Assembly: GCA_977017575.1 (NCBI GenBank)
Contig: CDRNVI010000030.1
Span: forward strand, 930,001-994,000
Length of the DNA: 64,000 nt
From: Paramoeba atlantica
Taxonomy: Eukaryota; Protista; Discosea
Direction of reading: 5' to 3'
The translations under genes were made by a program, and so were the position numbers. Position 1 is the first letter of the stretch, and every line of letters begins with the position of its first letter. Below the pieces are notes generated by a model that worked only from the letters and a program-made list of their open reading frames with translations, did not search any database and had not been told where the DNA came from. Shown piece by piece: positions 48,617-59,565 of this stretch.

Positions 48617-49729
48617 TCAGTACCCACAATTTCCCCCTTTTTTCTCAATAACGATTTGAAAGCGCCTGGAGACACTCTTTATGGTCTTCACGCAAGTACT
48701 TTTGAGATCGGTTTGAAGTGCCTCGTATGCACTCTCGATAGAAGAGAGGAGATCTGCGCGATTGCGTGGTCGCATGCGATCCTTGTGCTGATCCATGATA
48801 TTCCACAAGTTTTCGATGGGGTTGAGATCCGGTGACTTTGCGGGCCAGGGAAGCGTTCGCACGTTTTGCTGCTGAAAAGTACACCTTGCCAAGTTGTGCG
48901 CAGGGCAATTGTCCATAGCAACAACTGCACGGTGCCTGTGTAGGTAGTTCAAAAGACCATTACGCTTGGTCATGGCAGCTTCGAAAACAGCCCCGTTCAC
49001 AGTAACTCTATTTCCCTGCTCATCTCTATTAGCAAAAATGTGCAGATGAAATCCATGCTTTATGCTTACCCCCATCCACACCATTATACCATCGCCCCCT
49101 ACCCACGCTTCCAGCTCACCTAGCTGCTCTTTTACAGGGTCGGACCGTCGGCAAAGGTAGGTGTTTTTGGTAGACTTCTTGCAGGTAAACTTTTTCTCAT
49201 CACACCAAATAATATTATCAAGCTGGTGTTCGCTCCAGCCCGACATGTCCTTACAGAATCGGACTCTAACGTCTTTATGCTGTTGGGTTAGTCGTGGTTT
49301 ACGCTGAACTACGCGGAGGATAATATCGGGCTTCAAAGCTCGAGCCAAAGTGCGTCTGGAACACTGAAACCCTCTGGATAGAAGTTCGCGATGTAGAGCG
49401 CACCATGATTCCACACCATAAGGAAGATCCCGTGTACCCTCATCTACTATGCGGAGTGCTTCTCCGATAAACAGTGATGTCCTAACTGTAAAATTCAGAC
49501 GTCTGGGAATGCTTTCGACATCACCAGTTTCGCTGTAACGAATGACCCATCGCTTCACAGTGCTCTCCGCTACTTCAAAGTGGCGTGCTGTAGCATTGTA
49601 GGACCCAGAACGAAAGTAATGGTCTACGAGAAGCATGCGATGCGACGGCCTTACCTTCCCAGGTGGTGAATAAGCATCTCTCTGGAAGGGAAACCGTGAT
49701 GTTCGCGATCGTACACGTTTCTGAGGCAT
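48617..49729 (-). CDS. Tc1-like transposase (HTH + DDE_3), DD32E
   Basis: S..A.A.HF.V..STV.RW, KPRLT..HK..R..F, IIWCDEKKF, MDNCPAH and WPAKSPDLNPIENLW. First ATG at 49729. Confidence 0.95.
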   Translation of the reverse strand: MPQKRVRSRTSRFPFQRDAYSPPGKVRPSHRMLLVDHYFRSGSYNATARHFEVAESTVKRWVIRYSETGDVESIPRRLNFTVRTSLFIGEALRIVDEGTRDLPYGVESWCALHRELLSRGFQCSRRTLARALKPDIILRVVQRKPRLTQQHKDVRVRFCKDMSGWSEHQLDNIIWCDEKKFTCKKSTKNTYLCRRSDPVKEQLGELEAWVGGDGIMVWMGVSIKHGFHLHIFANRDEQGNRVTVNGAVFEAAMTKRNGLLNYLHRHRAVVAMDNCPAHNLARCTFQQQNVRTLPWPAKSPDLNPIENLWNIMDQHKDRMRPRNRADLLSSIESAYEALQTDLKSTCVKTIKSVSRRFQIVIEKKGGNCGY

Positions 49730-49785
49730 TAACGGCGCAAAAAAACTAAAAAAAGCCAAAAAAACTGAAAAATTGCATCTTCGGG
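49730..49785 (-). promoter_or_regulatory. Putative trans-splice acceptor (poly-T tracts + AG) of the transposase
   Basis: Minus strand reads tttttcAGtttttttggctttttttAGtttttttgcgccgtta-ATG. Confidence 0.55.
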
Positions 49786-51158
49786 GAAAAATAAATTCCT
49801 TGTTTTTCTGTCATTTATCTCGAATGTCTAAAAACGGGAAACGGATGTTTCCATTACACCAGACTATTTGAGAGCTCTCGAATGCGCTATTACTTTCCAA
49901 AATTGATCAAGTTTTACGAATTTTAGACTCCCCCACTCTGAAGGCGCCCACCCCTGTATGTATGTGTATAAGATTTTTTTTTGCTTTTACAATGTAATAT
50001 TCCGCTTACATCACGAAGCGTTCAGAGGACTGAAAGCGAAAAAAATCATTGTGTTGTCTATGATTCTCATGCAAATTAAGATTTGCGCCCCAACAAATGG
50101 GGTTCCTCAATAGGTGGGAGACATTCTTAATCATTTCGTGAAGGAAACAACAGATCAACAGAGAAATCTTGAAACTCCGCCACAATTTCACGACCTTCAA
50201 TTTTTTTTTGCTTACGAATATTATTACAATTCCGTAATAAGTTTGTTTAAGACGCATGGCCGCACCATGGGGGCAAAGGGGTTTAAAGACAAGTGGTGTA
50301 CAGTACAGCGCTATGGCACATTGGATGGATACGAGGTTTTGGTACACCTACAAAGTTAATAACACTCGTAAAGTAAGTAGGTACACACTGCACGAGAAGT
50401 CTATTCTGCAGTTCCCACACATCACGTGTGTCGAAAGCAATGAATTTGTTTTGGAGCTCATGAATATTTTTGGTCTCGGGAACTTCTTGCATGAGAGAGC
50501 TAGGAGGTGTCGCACGCTGAGAGGTACGTAAAGTAAGAGAGGTACGTAAAGTGGATGTGGGCGCTAACTTGTCTCGCTTTCATTGAAGCCGCCCGCTCCA
50601 CCGTAAAATTTTCTAAGCATGCGGAGAAATATAAATTAGGTCGGAGATGAAAAGATTAAACTGATGTACACACAAGGAACTCTCTTAAATCTATAGATCA
50701 TTTCTCAAGATGAAACTACTGCTGACTTCAATTTCGAATGCTCCCAAATTCACAAATAAGATCAAAAAGTGCCAACTTTCGTACTTTGTACGAATAGTAC
50801 AGTGCATGATATGGTACTGTCGTACTAGGGAGATTTACATGCATGTAAATAAGGAATTAAGGGCAAGTTTGTAGTAAAAACACTTCGTTTTTTATTTATC
50901 AAAGAAATGGATCTCATTATTAAAGGGAATTCTCCGCTTCACGACACAATTCAAGAGCAGAACTCTCCATTTGTAGACCTACGCTGTGTCATCATGACCA
51001 GTAATAGTACCTTCAAATACAAACTTCTATAAAAACATCATGGCGAATACTGTATTTCCTAAAACAACTTTTAAATCTGCTATGATTAGTCATATATTTC
51101 TGCTCTTTGAGAATTGATACTTTAGGCATCCACTTGGAGGAATCTATTAATGGATAAA

Positions 51159-53009
51159 CTACGACAAAAAGTATGGTTTCAATTTGGAAACCATGTCGCT
51201 AGCCGAATTCTGCTTCTCACCGAACCACGATGCGGTAGATTCGCGACTAATCCTGGAAGATCGAGATGCTCGCATAGCTAGTTTTTCAACAAGCACCGAA
51301 GAACAGCTAGCAACCGAACTCAATGTCGATAGACCTTCAAGGATGCTTTGCGTCGCATCAACTTTATCCTTCTCCTGCACACTGAGAAAGTCGTCCCATA
51401 TTTCTGCCACTACTTCTTTTAACGTTTCCTCAGCGCCTTCCACTGATCCGTTGTACCGATAACAATGTTTCATCGAAGCTGCGAGAAGATTGACCAGAAG
51501 GCTCAATTTACACTGGGTTAACTGACGACCAAGACGAAGCCAACGAGAAACAAATCGGGGAGCGTCCACCATTGCCTCCTCGCTAATAGCAATGGAAAGC
51601 GCTGTACTTAACGCATCGTTTAAATCCATGATGTCCCATGAGGAATTAAAGAGGAAATTACCCACCGTATCCTCTCGTTTTCCAAGTAGACAAAAGTCAT
51701 ACATCACAGTAAGTAACGTGTTTCGCACGTCTGTTACGTTCAATGGATTGAGCTTCAGTGCGTCCGTCCGTGACTCACCTTCGAGTAGTCGAGGGGGCAA
51801 TACTTTTCTAGCAACAGTGATTCTCCGAGGTCGAGAAGTAGATGGACTAGTTGTAGCTCGTGCCGCAATGTCAACCCTGCTAGAACTTCTTCGCATAGAT
51901 GGAGGAAATCCGCTTGAGCGATTGGATCCTCCTCTTGTCGGAGTTTCTAACGTCGGAGTGGATGTCTTTCTAGAGTCTGTGTCTCCGTACGCGGAGAGAG
52001 AATCGCACGAATGTGCGGGACGCATCTCCACGTGCAGTTCATCTGCTTTTTGCACCCGAGCTACCCATTTCGAATCTCGTGTCTCTAATACATCTTGAAG
52101 CATAAAATGAATACGTGGAGCATAGAAATCCAGTTGAATGAGTTCGCTAATAACTTCCATTGAGACACTCATTTGGTCTGGAAAATCAACCTCGAAGCGG
52201 CGTCCGACAATCTTCAAGAGTGTGCAGACCATTTCAAGCCATTTGACCTCCGGAAGATCTTCTTCGTACGTATTTAAGAGTCTGTCGGACACAAGTTTGA
52301 TGGTATCGCGCGACAAAATACTTGCTAAATACAGTTCACCTATGAATTTCATGATGGCATACTTTCGTCGTTTCCATTTGTCACTAGAAGTTACAGTTAA
52401 CTCGTCTTCGGAAGGATTCTCTTTTGCCAGGGCGTCCATCATGTCTTCAAATTCACGTTGTGTTTGATTAATAACTTGTCTTTTGAATAACAAAGCCTGT
52501 GACCCTCGGGCACCTTCAGGAGCTTGAAGAAAAATTTCCAAACAAAAATTGACATAAATCTGCGAGTACATAGGCTCTTGCAACGCTTTCTCAAAGATTT
52601 GTTGTACGGTGATCATCATTTTGTTCTCGTCGTTATAGATCTGCTTCACATCAAGAGTACGAATAATATCATTGTAGTTGTTTGGCGCAAGTTTGTTTAG
52701 CATACTACGCATTTTTCGTTCGAATTCAGCGTTCGCTGACGTGTTTGGCTTCCGCCGAGAAGACCAAGCGTTGTGGCCGATCACAAGCGCGTTCGTACCA
52801 GTACGCATGGCATCGCGAGATAACACACTCGATCGCGCCTCCGCGCCTTCCCCCTCGTTCGTAGATACTCGTAGATGCTCGACATCGATCATGTCGGGTG
52901 GTGTTTCGCAATAAATTTTTCGGTAAGAACGTAGAGTAGCACAATCGTAAATGTATGGGGCGATGCCGGCATTGGTAGTATCTTGGACGGAAAGCTCGCA
53001 ATGACTCAT
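51159..53009 (-). CDS. Eukaryotic translation initiation factor 4G-family (MIF4G) protein
   Basis: RSMLNKLAPNNY, IFEKALQEPMYSQIYVNFC and KFIGELY..L; N-terminal YDCATL resembles the eIF4E-binding YxxxxL motif. Confidence 0.9.
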   Translation of the reverse strand: MSHCELSVQDTTNAGIAPYIYDCATLRSYRKIYCETPPDMIDVEHLRVSTNEGEGAEARSSVLSRDAMRTGTNALVIGHNAWSSRRKPNTSANAEFERKMRSMLNKLAPNNYNDIIRTLDVKQIYNDENKMMITVQQIFEKALQEPMYSQIYVNFCLEIFLQAPEGARGSQALLFKRQVINQTQREFEDMMDALAKENPSEDELTVTSSDKWKRRKYAIMKFIGELYLASILSRDTIKLVSDRLLNTYEEDLPEVKWLEMVCTLLKIVGRRFEVDFPDQMSVSMEVISELIQLDFYAPRIHFMLQDVLETRDSKWVARVQKADELHVEMRPAHSCDSLSAYGDTDSRKTSTPTLETPTRGGSNRSSGFPPSMRRSSSRVDIAARATTSPSTSRPRRITVARKVLPPRLLEGESRTDALKLNPLNVTDVRNTLLTVMYDFCLLGKREDTVGNFLFNSSWDIMDLNDALSTALSIAISEEAMVDAPRFVSRWLRLGRQLTQCKLSLLVNLLAASMKHCYRYNGSVEGAEETLKEVVAEIWDDFLSVQEKDKVDATQSILEGLSTLSSVASCSSVLVEKLAMRASRSSRISRESTASWFGEKQNSASDMVSKLKPYFLS

Positions 53010-54703
53010 GACAAGTGATCAAATAAGTAAATAAGAAAATTACTACAAAATTGTCAATAAGCAACAATAGTGCTAATGAAAACATGCTATGTGAAACATT
53101 CAAAAAGTCAAGAACAGGAATATACTGTACCATGCCGTGCGAAAAAGCTGATTTAGAATACACACGTATCGTGCAGGCGACGGTACCAATTCTGTACGAC
53201 CACCTGTATGATAGCTGGGCGAGAGGTTAGGGGGTATAACATAAAAACCTCATTACATACTACATCCCCCATACTGTGACCCCCTTTTGGTGAAAAGTGA
53301 CGAATAACTAGGGGTAGCTTGGTACCGTCGAAATAAAGCCTCTTTTTGACCTAAAAACCAGTACAGAAACGTTATCTTTATCTATTCGCAAGCTGTTGTT
53401 TTATTAGATACACTTGTTTTATTAGATGCACTCATACATGAAGGGTTATATTCATATATGAAGGAGCCTATGGAGACTCTGCAGTTAGTAGTATGTATAG
53501 ATGTTTTTCAGGCACGTTACTTATCACAATATCACTGATTTTGAGATCAAAACGCGAAATGTAAAGGGGGGACAACGGTATTAAGCCTTGCTTATTGTAG
53601 TTTAAGTGTGAAAGCGTCGCCCATGAGGCTACAAATTACTCCCCGGTGAAGGAGTTCCTTAAGAGATTCAAATCTATCAAATGTGACGGCAATACATATA
53701 GATGCACCGGCCCTTTTCTTCAAAAATCAAAATTCCGAGGGGGGGCAAGATCAACTGAAACCACTGTATAAAACCCCCCACAGCGAATAAGTCACCCCCC
53801 TCTTTTTTTTGTACAGGGGGGGTAAAGAGGGTTACGGCACCGCTTTCGTTCAAAATTTTGAGATCTGCACGTTCCCGCTGTTTTCAGCTCACTTTAAAAA
53901 CTTCAAAAAAAAATTAAAATAAAAATCTTCACTTTTTCCCAAAAATGCCTAAATCTGCATATCGGTTGCCGAAAGGGGGGCTTACAAACAGTGGAAAAGT
54001 TCTATTGAGGATGAGATACGGTCAAGGTGTGCAATTCACGTGATAAATAATCTGTGTTGCATTTTATTTGAAGTGCATGACATTGGCATCATTTCCCGTC
54101 GAGACATTTGTGTAAATTGGGATCCTATAGCTCCCGATGTTTAGTTCTAACCCATATTTGTTACTTGTTCGAAAGGCCATGAGCCGCGGGTATAAGCTCT
54201 TAAGGAATTGGTTATACTCCGATCGTGGAAAACGCCGCGGTAAATCTATTTTGTGGAAACCTCTTCTGACGGCCGCACATGGGCGCACCGCAAACCAGGG
54301 TTTTAAAGTCTTATACTTTATCACTTCTGGAAATAGCCGGCTATAGATCTCAACGGAGAAGTGACTTGGGGCGAAAGCGATCACTCGGCTGACAAACCCT
54401 TTGAGTCGTGCTTTCGAACAATGAAATTTCAAAAAAAGGTGAAAATCGATTTTTTTTTCTAATTTCTTTCCAAACAAATTCAAAATATTCCGAAAAAAAG
54501 CACTTCGCTAGGGGAAAGAGGTCTCTCGAATGCCGCCAAACTGAGCAAAAACGGAGAAAAAAAACCAAATTTCGCCTCAGGAGAGGGGGAAGAAAATTTC
54601 CTTTCACCCTCATACAGTACAAAAAAGATGGGCCACAATGTGGCACAATAGCACACTCGGGCACAGGGCTTCGTCAAAGGGAAGTATAAAATACAAAATA
54701 ACA

Positions 54704-56221
54704 CTATGCTGCGAGTAAATGACAACCATAAAATGGTTTACGGCGCATAAGGACCCCCATGTTGCGCGCTGAGAGAGAAGCCGGAAAAAATTTCCTGAGG
54801 GCGACATCATACCTTTTACCGTGTTCCTCCATAATGTGAAGAACCCTATCAAAGTGTATCAGGTGTTCCAGTGACCGTCCCAAGAGTCTACTCTGGAAAA
54901 ATCGAAAAGTTAATGCAGTATGAACTATAGATTTTGTTGCTGATTTATTAAAGAAGTCTTCTAAAAAGTTAACATCACACTGATCAATTTCGACAGTTTC
55001 TTTATTGGGTGCACTGTCTAATCGATTTCGAGCGCGCAGGCGTTCCAAGTTGTGTACGTACTCCGCAAAAGACGAAACATTTAGATTTCGAAGGTTTGCT
55101 AATGGAAGGGGATAAAGTCGAGAATTGAACAGCTTACTCTGACCGCATAGATAGGCCAAAGCATATCTGTATTGTTTGCGAAGTAGTCGATCCCGGGCCT
55201 CAGTGACGCAAGGCCACGGCTCGTGACGAAGATTAGCCAGATGTCTTGCACCTAGATATGATCTTAAGTTAGTCATTTCGGCGTGAAGCGAAGAAATTCC
55301 AATGTCTGTGTTTTTTAACATATGGTAACAGCACGGTATGTTTAATGCAAGCGGTCCGCCAACTCGAAGAACAGAGCGAATGTGCTCGATAGCAAAAGAA
55401 CCACAAGTATGTAATCCCACGGATAAAACAAATGGTTTGGATATCAATCCATCTACTCTGGTACACGGTAAACGTGTTTGCAAAAAATCAGAAGATTTTC
55501 CTAAAGAAATTACGTGGCATAAATTTGGATCAGAACATGTACCTGTGTACGCTCTTCGTGTACGACCCAGATAATGCTTCCTGCTATCTTGATCAACACA
55601 CAAAGCTCTTAGAGCAGGTGATACTTGTTGAACCGATTCGCATAAATCGCCTTGACCCCCTCCGACATCGACAATCTCAGTTAAATCATAGTCCCTACAC
55701 CATCGAATCAAGTGCTTTGTTAAAACTGAAATTTCCCGCTTTTTTCGCGTGTTCTTAAAAGCCCATGAAGGGCTGTTTGATGCAAATACGCTGCGATCCA
55801 TGGGATAATACTCGGAGATCGGAGTTCCCAATGTGGAAAGCGTCTCTTCGGCTATATTTAGCGAGGAAAATGCATTTGTTGACTTGTGAAGCATGGCCCA
55901 ATCAATAAATTCTTCTTGGGACAGAGTATTGAGATGATTTAAAGCGTCCTCTACCGAAATACGATAAGATCCTAGACCGTAAACATCGCATGCATCCAAC
56001 AATTGCTTAACAAAACGTTTCTGCAAAGAATCCAATGACTCGTCTCCAAGTTTATGGGCTTCCGTCGGAGACTGTAGGACATCGAGTACATTAACCGCCG
56101 CAAGGGCAATAAGATTACCAGACCTAGATCGAGCCAAACCTCCTAAAACTTGCCTTGTGCGCCATTTGATGTCTCCATAATCATCCCAAGTTTCAATTGC
56201 GTGTGAAACCATTCTCTTCAT
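54704..56221 (-). CDS. SAM-dependent methyltransferase, METTL25/RRNAD1-like (Methyltransf_32)
   Basis: KKREI, IVDVGGGQGDL, VGLHTCGSFA, IPCCYH, and the C-terminal LE.LI.FDR..FPASLSARN. Confidence 0.8.
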   Translation of the reverse strand: MKRMVSHAIETWDDYGDIKWRTRQVLGGLARSRSGNLIALAAVNVLDVLQSPTEAHKLGDESLDSLQKRFVKQLLDACDVYGLGSYRISVEDALNHLNTLSQEEFIDWAMLHKSTNAFSSLNIAEETLSTLGTPISEYYPMDRSVFASNSPSWAFKNTRKKREISVLTKHLIRWCRDYDLTEIVDVGGGQGDLCESVQQVSPALRALCVDQDSRKHYLGRTRRAYTGTCSDPNLCHVISLGKSSDFLQTRLPCTRVDGLISKPFVLSVGLHTCGSFAIEHIRSVLRVGGPLALNIPCCYHMLKNTDIGISSLHAEMTNLRSYLGARHLANLRHEPWPCVTEARDRLLRKQYRYALAYLCGQSKLFNSRLYPLPLANLRNLNVSSFAEYVHNLERLRARNRLDSAPNKETVEIDQCDVNFLEDFFNKSATKSIVHTALTFRFFQSRLLGRSLEHLIHFDRVLHIMEEHGKRYDVALRKFFPASLSARNMGVLMRRKPFYGCHLLAA

Positions 56222-57599
56222 AGAAATTCATGGATCTTCAGAATCATTAAAATTCGGCAAGAAAAAGAAGTTCGAAGTCGGTGTAAATGAAGTTGTTTCT
56301 CCAAAAGGAAAAGCCTATTATTATTTTTGAAAAATTAAATATTATGGTAAACCGGGTTATTGTGCCCCCCGGCAAAATAACTGGATATAGGCACAATAAC
56401 TAAATATTGGAAAAAAAACCAAAAAAAGGTATTTTTTTTAAACCGATAACGACCACAATAATAGTGGTCGTTTCCACTTATCGTGCTCCCCCGGCATAAT
56501 AAGTACTGTAGCCGTAGGCACATTAACCCGGAACAGGGTTTATTATGATGTGTATGGGGTTAACATTAAGCACGGTTTCTGTTTTCTTTAGTTCATCCTT
56601 TCCTTCCCCCACAACAGGCATACTCTTAGAGGGTTGAAAGGCAAAACCCGCTTAATCCTCATTGGCGTGGCGAAAAAAAGTACTTTGTCAAAAATAGTGA
56701 AGAGCATACTTGGTCTCCATCGAGCGCTCCACTGTTAGAACCTGTACCTAAAGATGCAGCCTAAATCAAGGCTGGATGACCCCACTGTTAATAGCTAAGG
56801 TACGTGAAGCAGTGGGAAACACGTCCTACATGCGGTACTATGCAAACTTATTGGCAGGTTTGCGCGGTCCTTGGTTGTGACTGATTCTTGGCGTGGGTAC
56901 TTGGGTATGGAGGACCCATTCGATTGAGTTCGTTGAACTCCATGGGTATCATGCCAACCATGCTGAGTTTGTGCACCGAATTATAAAAGACTGGACTAAG
57001 CGCCACCACTATAATTTCGGTGCATCAGCGCAAGACCTCAAGCGCAATATTGCACTTCAATGTGTCGAATTCGGAAGCGTACTCAGTGATCCAGAGCGAG
57101 CTTGGTAAAACTAAGCGAGCTTGGCAAAACTAAGGTAAAACTATAAAGAATCACCACAAACATTGTGGTCGCGCACTGAGAACCTGTGTCTGCCACTTCC
57201 GCAGGATTGTGTATTTGTTTTCCTATACTGCGACACCTAGTTTCTGTGTAAAGGATTGTAAGGATTATTAGTTTCGAATCCAAGAATCCATCCTCTCATT
57301 CCTAACTCTTTGCCTGTTTATTCTATGGATCAAGGTAGTCGGGAGCAGGACGCTGACCGCAAAAAACGCATGTTCGCACGATTTATGGCTCTACTCGAAA
57401 ATGCTACTTACCAAGGGCCTCCAACTGGTCTCCGCGAACTTCCTCCTCCTCAGAATACGCAAATTGACTATTCAAATTGGCGCATGAGACCTGTTCGTCC
57501 TTTGTGTACTGGCTGTCCAGCTTTTAATTGTGTTTCTCGATGGCGCAGTGTAAGGGATATTCTGCAAGGTCGCGATGCTGAAGAGTGGATGCGTTAAAT

Positions 57600-58305
57600 T
57601 AGCTGGTGACATCTACATACCATCCGAACTTTCTGCCTGTGATTTTACCGATGCAACATTGTGCTACTTTGAGAATCTTTCATTTAATAGAGAGGACGTT
57701 TTTGCTGCCTTTGCTTTCCTGAGGGTCGGGGGGAATTATGAAGTCACATCGGACTATTTGACTGTCAAATTTGGTCGCGGCTGGATACGGGTGGTTTGCT
57801 GGATACGGTACCCATATACGTTGACGCCATTGAAAATTGTTTTCAGCCTAAATACTCGGAGTCTGTAGCAAGAGCTATTGTAGCCTGCACGCTTGCCGGA
57901 TTTGTATGCTTTTATGGCCAGGCATTGTATACAGGTAGCTCCCTTGATAGTGTCATCATGGACGACAGTGGTATTCTCAACATGTTACGAAAGTTTGGTG
58001 TCAAATGTCAGGCAGACGGAGGCTTCTATGAGAATGCGAACGTCACCTTACCATACGAAAAACGTCAAATATGGCCTCAGGTTCGCATTTCAGCTCAATC
58101 GGAAAGCGATTACGAGAATAAGTCGCACGAAAAATTGGAGTTTAAGGAGCGTTTAGCGCACTATCGAGCGCGCGTTGAGCACGTGTTCGGACGCACCTGT
58201 ATAGGCAGATTGTTAGTTTTAAGAACTGGACACATAACCCTGATCTTCTATTTTACCCCTTTGGGTGTGCTCTGATCGGTCACACTATTGAAATATGTAT
58301 ATGAA
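57600..58305 (+). pseudogene. Decayed Harbinger-like transposase, homolog of 4026-5198
   Basis: SELS.C, F..F.FLR.GG.Y, LDTVPIYVD, FQPKY, ADGGFY and RARVEHVF.R.C align to the intact copy. An internal deletion and frameshifts occur near 57795 and 58215. Confidence 0.9.
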
Positions 58306-59267
58306 CGACACAAAAGTGCAGGTAAATAATGTGTATGTATAATGTGTGTATGTTGTAGCAGATATAGAAAAGCGACAAAGACTAGTAAATAAATTTAAGG
58401 AGAATAAAAACATGAGTTCGCGATACCCTAGGTCAAATAATATGTCAGATAGCAATCAGGCAACTCTTTCTAAATACTTAAATTCATTCGAAAAAGTGGA
58501 CTGAAACCTTCATTTCTTTAAAAGAATTCTTTTTTCTTTTTTTTTCTTTTTCCTATACCCACCCTGTTGAGAATACTCAGCCTCTAGCTCCCCACTCGAA
58601 AATATTACCTACAACGACTGCCAGAAACTGTCAGAGTCAGCCAGTTCTCGCCAGAAACTGCCAGCGACCTTCAGCGATCTACAAGTACTGGCTACATACT
58701 CTCCAATGAAAACATTGCCGATGTAGGGACGAGGCCTGAAAAAGTGTATTGCCCCGAAGACTACAATTATAGGAAAACGAGCACGAAAAATCGCTTACAA
58801 CACTCCTACGAAACACACCAAGCGCATGGCACGTGTGCCGCGAGAATTGAGGGGCTGCGGGCATAGTCTCGCGTGAACTCGCATGATCTCACGTGAAAAT
58901 GTGGTGTTTCGCCAAGATGTCAATTGTTAACCTGTATTAATAATCTCAGGTATTTCTCTTGGGTTTTTTACGCTGATTCCTTCGGCAAACATACGACGCA
59001 TTTCGAGATCTATCGAATGCCGAAGGAGTTACAGGTGTAGGTCAAAAGCTCTCACGACACAAAAGTTAGGAGGGAGACTGTTATCCTTTAAGGGGTCTCT
59101 AAACTTACTTAACTTTACTATAAACTATTATTATCTTATAAATTAATAATCTTATGAATTCATAAGATAAAGTTATTAGAATTGGCGAGCATGGTGACAA
59201 TCTTTTCTTGCGGTCACAAATCGATTGAGTTTATAAAACAAATAGTGCCCTGTATCAGTACGACGAC

Positions 59268-59340
59268 CAGTATCCCGTCTTACCAGTATCCCGTCTTACT
59301 GGTCTTACGACCAGTATCCCGTCTTACAGTATCCCGTCTT
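59268..59340. repeat. Four copies of CAGTATCCCGTCTT
   Basis: Exact 14-mers at 59268, 59284, 59312 and 59327. Confidence 0.9.
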
Positions 59341-59565
59341 TGTTTAATGAGGATCTTTGACAAAAAAATGGCTCATGAGGATTTTCGTACAGGATTTCGA
59401 CCAAAAATAGATACTTTACACAAGTACGAGAGAAAGCGTGCCGACAAAGTTGGGTCTTTGCCTCGATCCGATATTGATTCGCACTGGCTTGCGACCGAGG
59501 TGTTGATCAGCGAGAAAACACATTCTTTCGTATTGACGACAGATGCTACTAAATGTTATTTAGCT

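Larger units (their letters stand above)
48399..49956 (-). mobile_element. Tc1/mariner-superfamily DNA transposon, complete (1558 bp)
   Basis: 104-bp TIRs at 48399-48502 and 49853-49956 with 4 mismatches. TA target duplication at 48397-48398 and 49957-49958. Intact transposase. Confidence 0.97.

Noticed and set aside
2685-49956. Fanzor/TnpB or other RNA-guided nuclease carried by the DNA transposons
   Set aside because: No RuvC-like motifs were seen in any ORF within or next to the Harbinger, pogo or Tc1 elements.
50006-50560. Transposase or gene fragments beside the Tc1 element
   Set aside because: Short overlapping ORFs with no motif I can support.
53360-53370. GTTTCTGTACT on the minus strand as a second SL remnant
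   Set aside because: Only 11 nt match, with no TTG end and no associated element.
54064-54483. 139-aa minus-strand ORF, and the plus-strand ORF 59182-59643
   Set aside because: No recognisable domain. The latter includes a 14-bp repeat and overlaps the DTW gene end in antisense.
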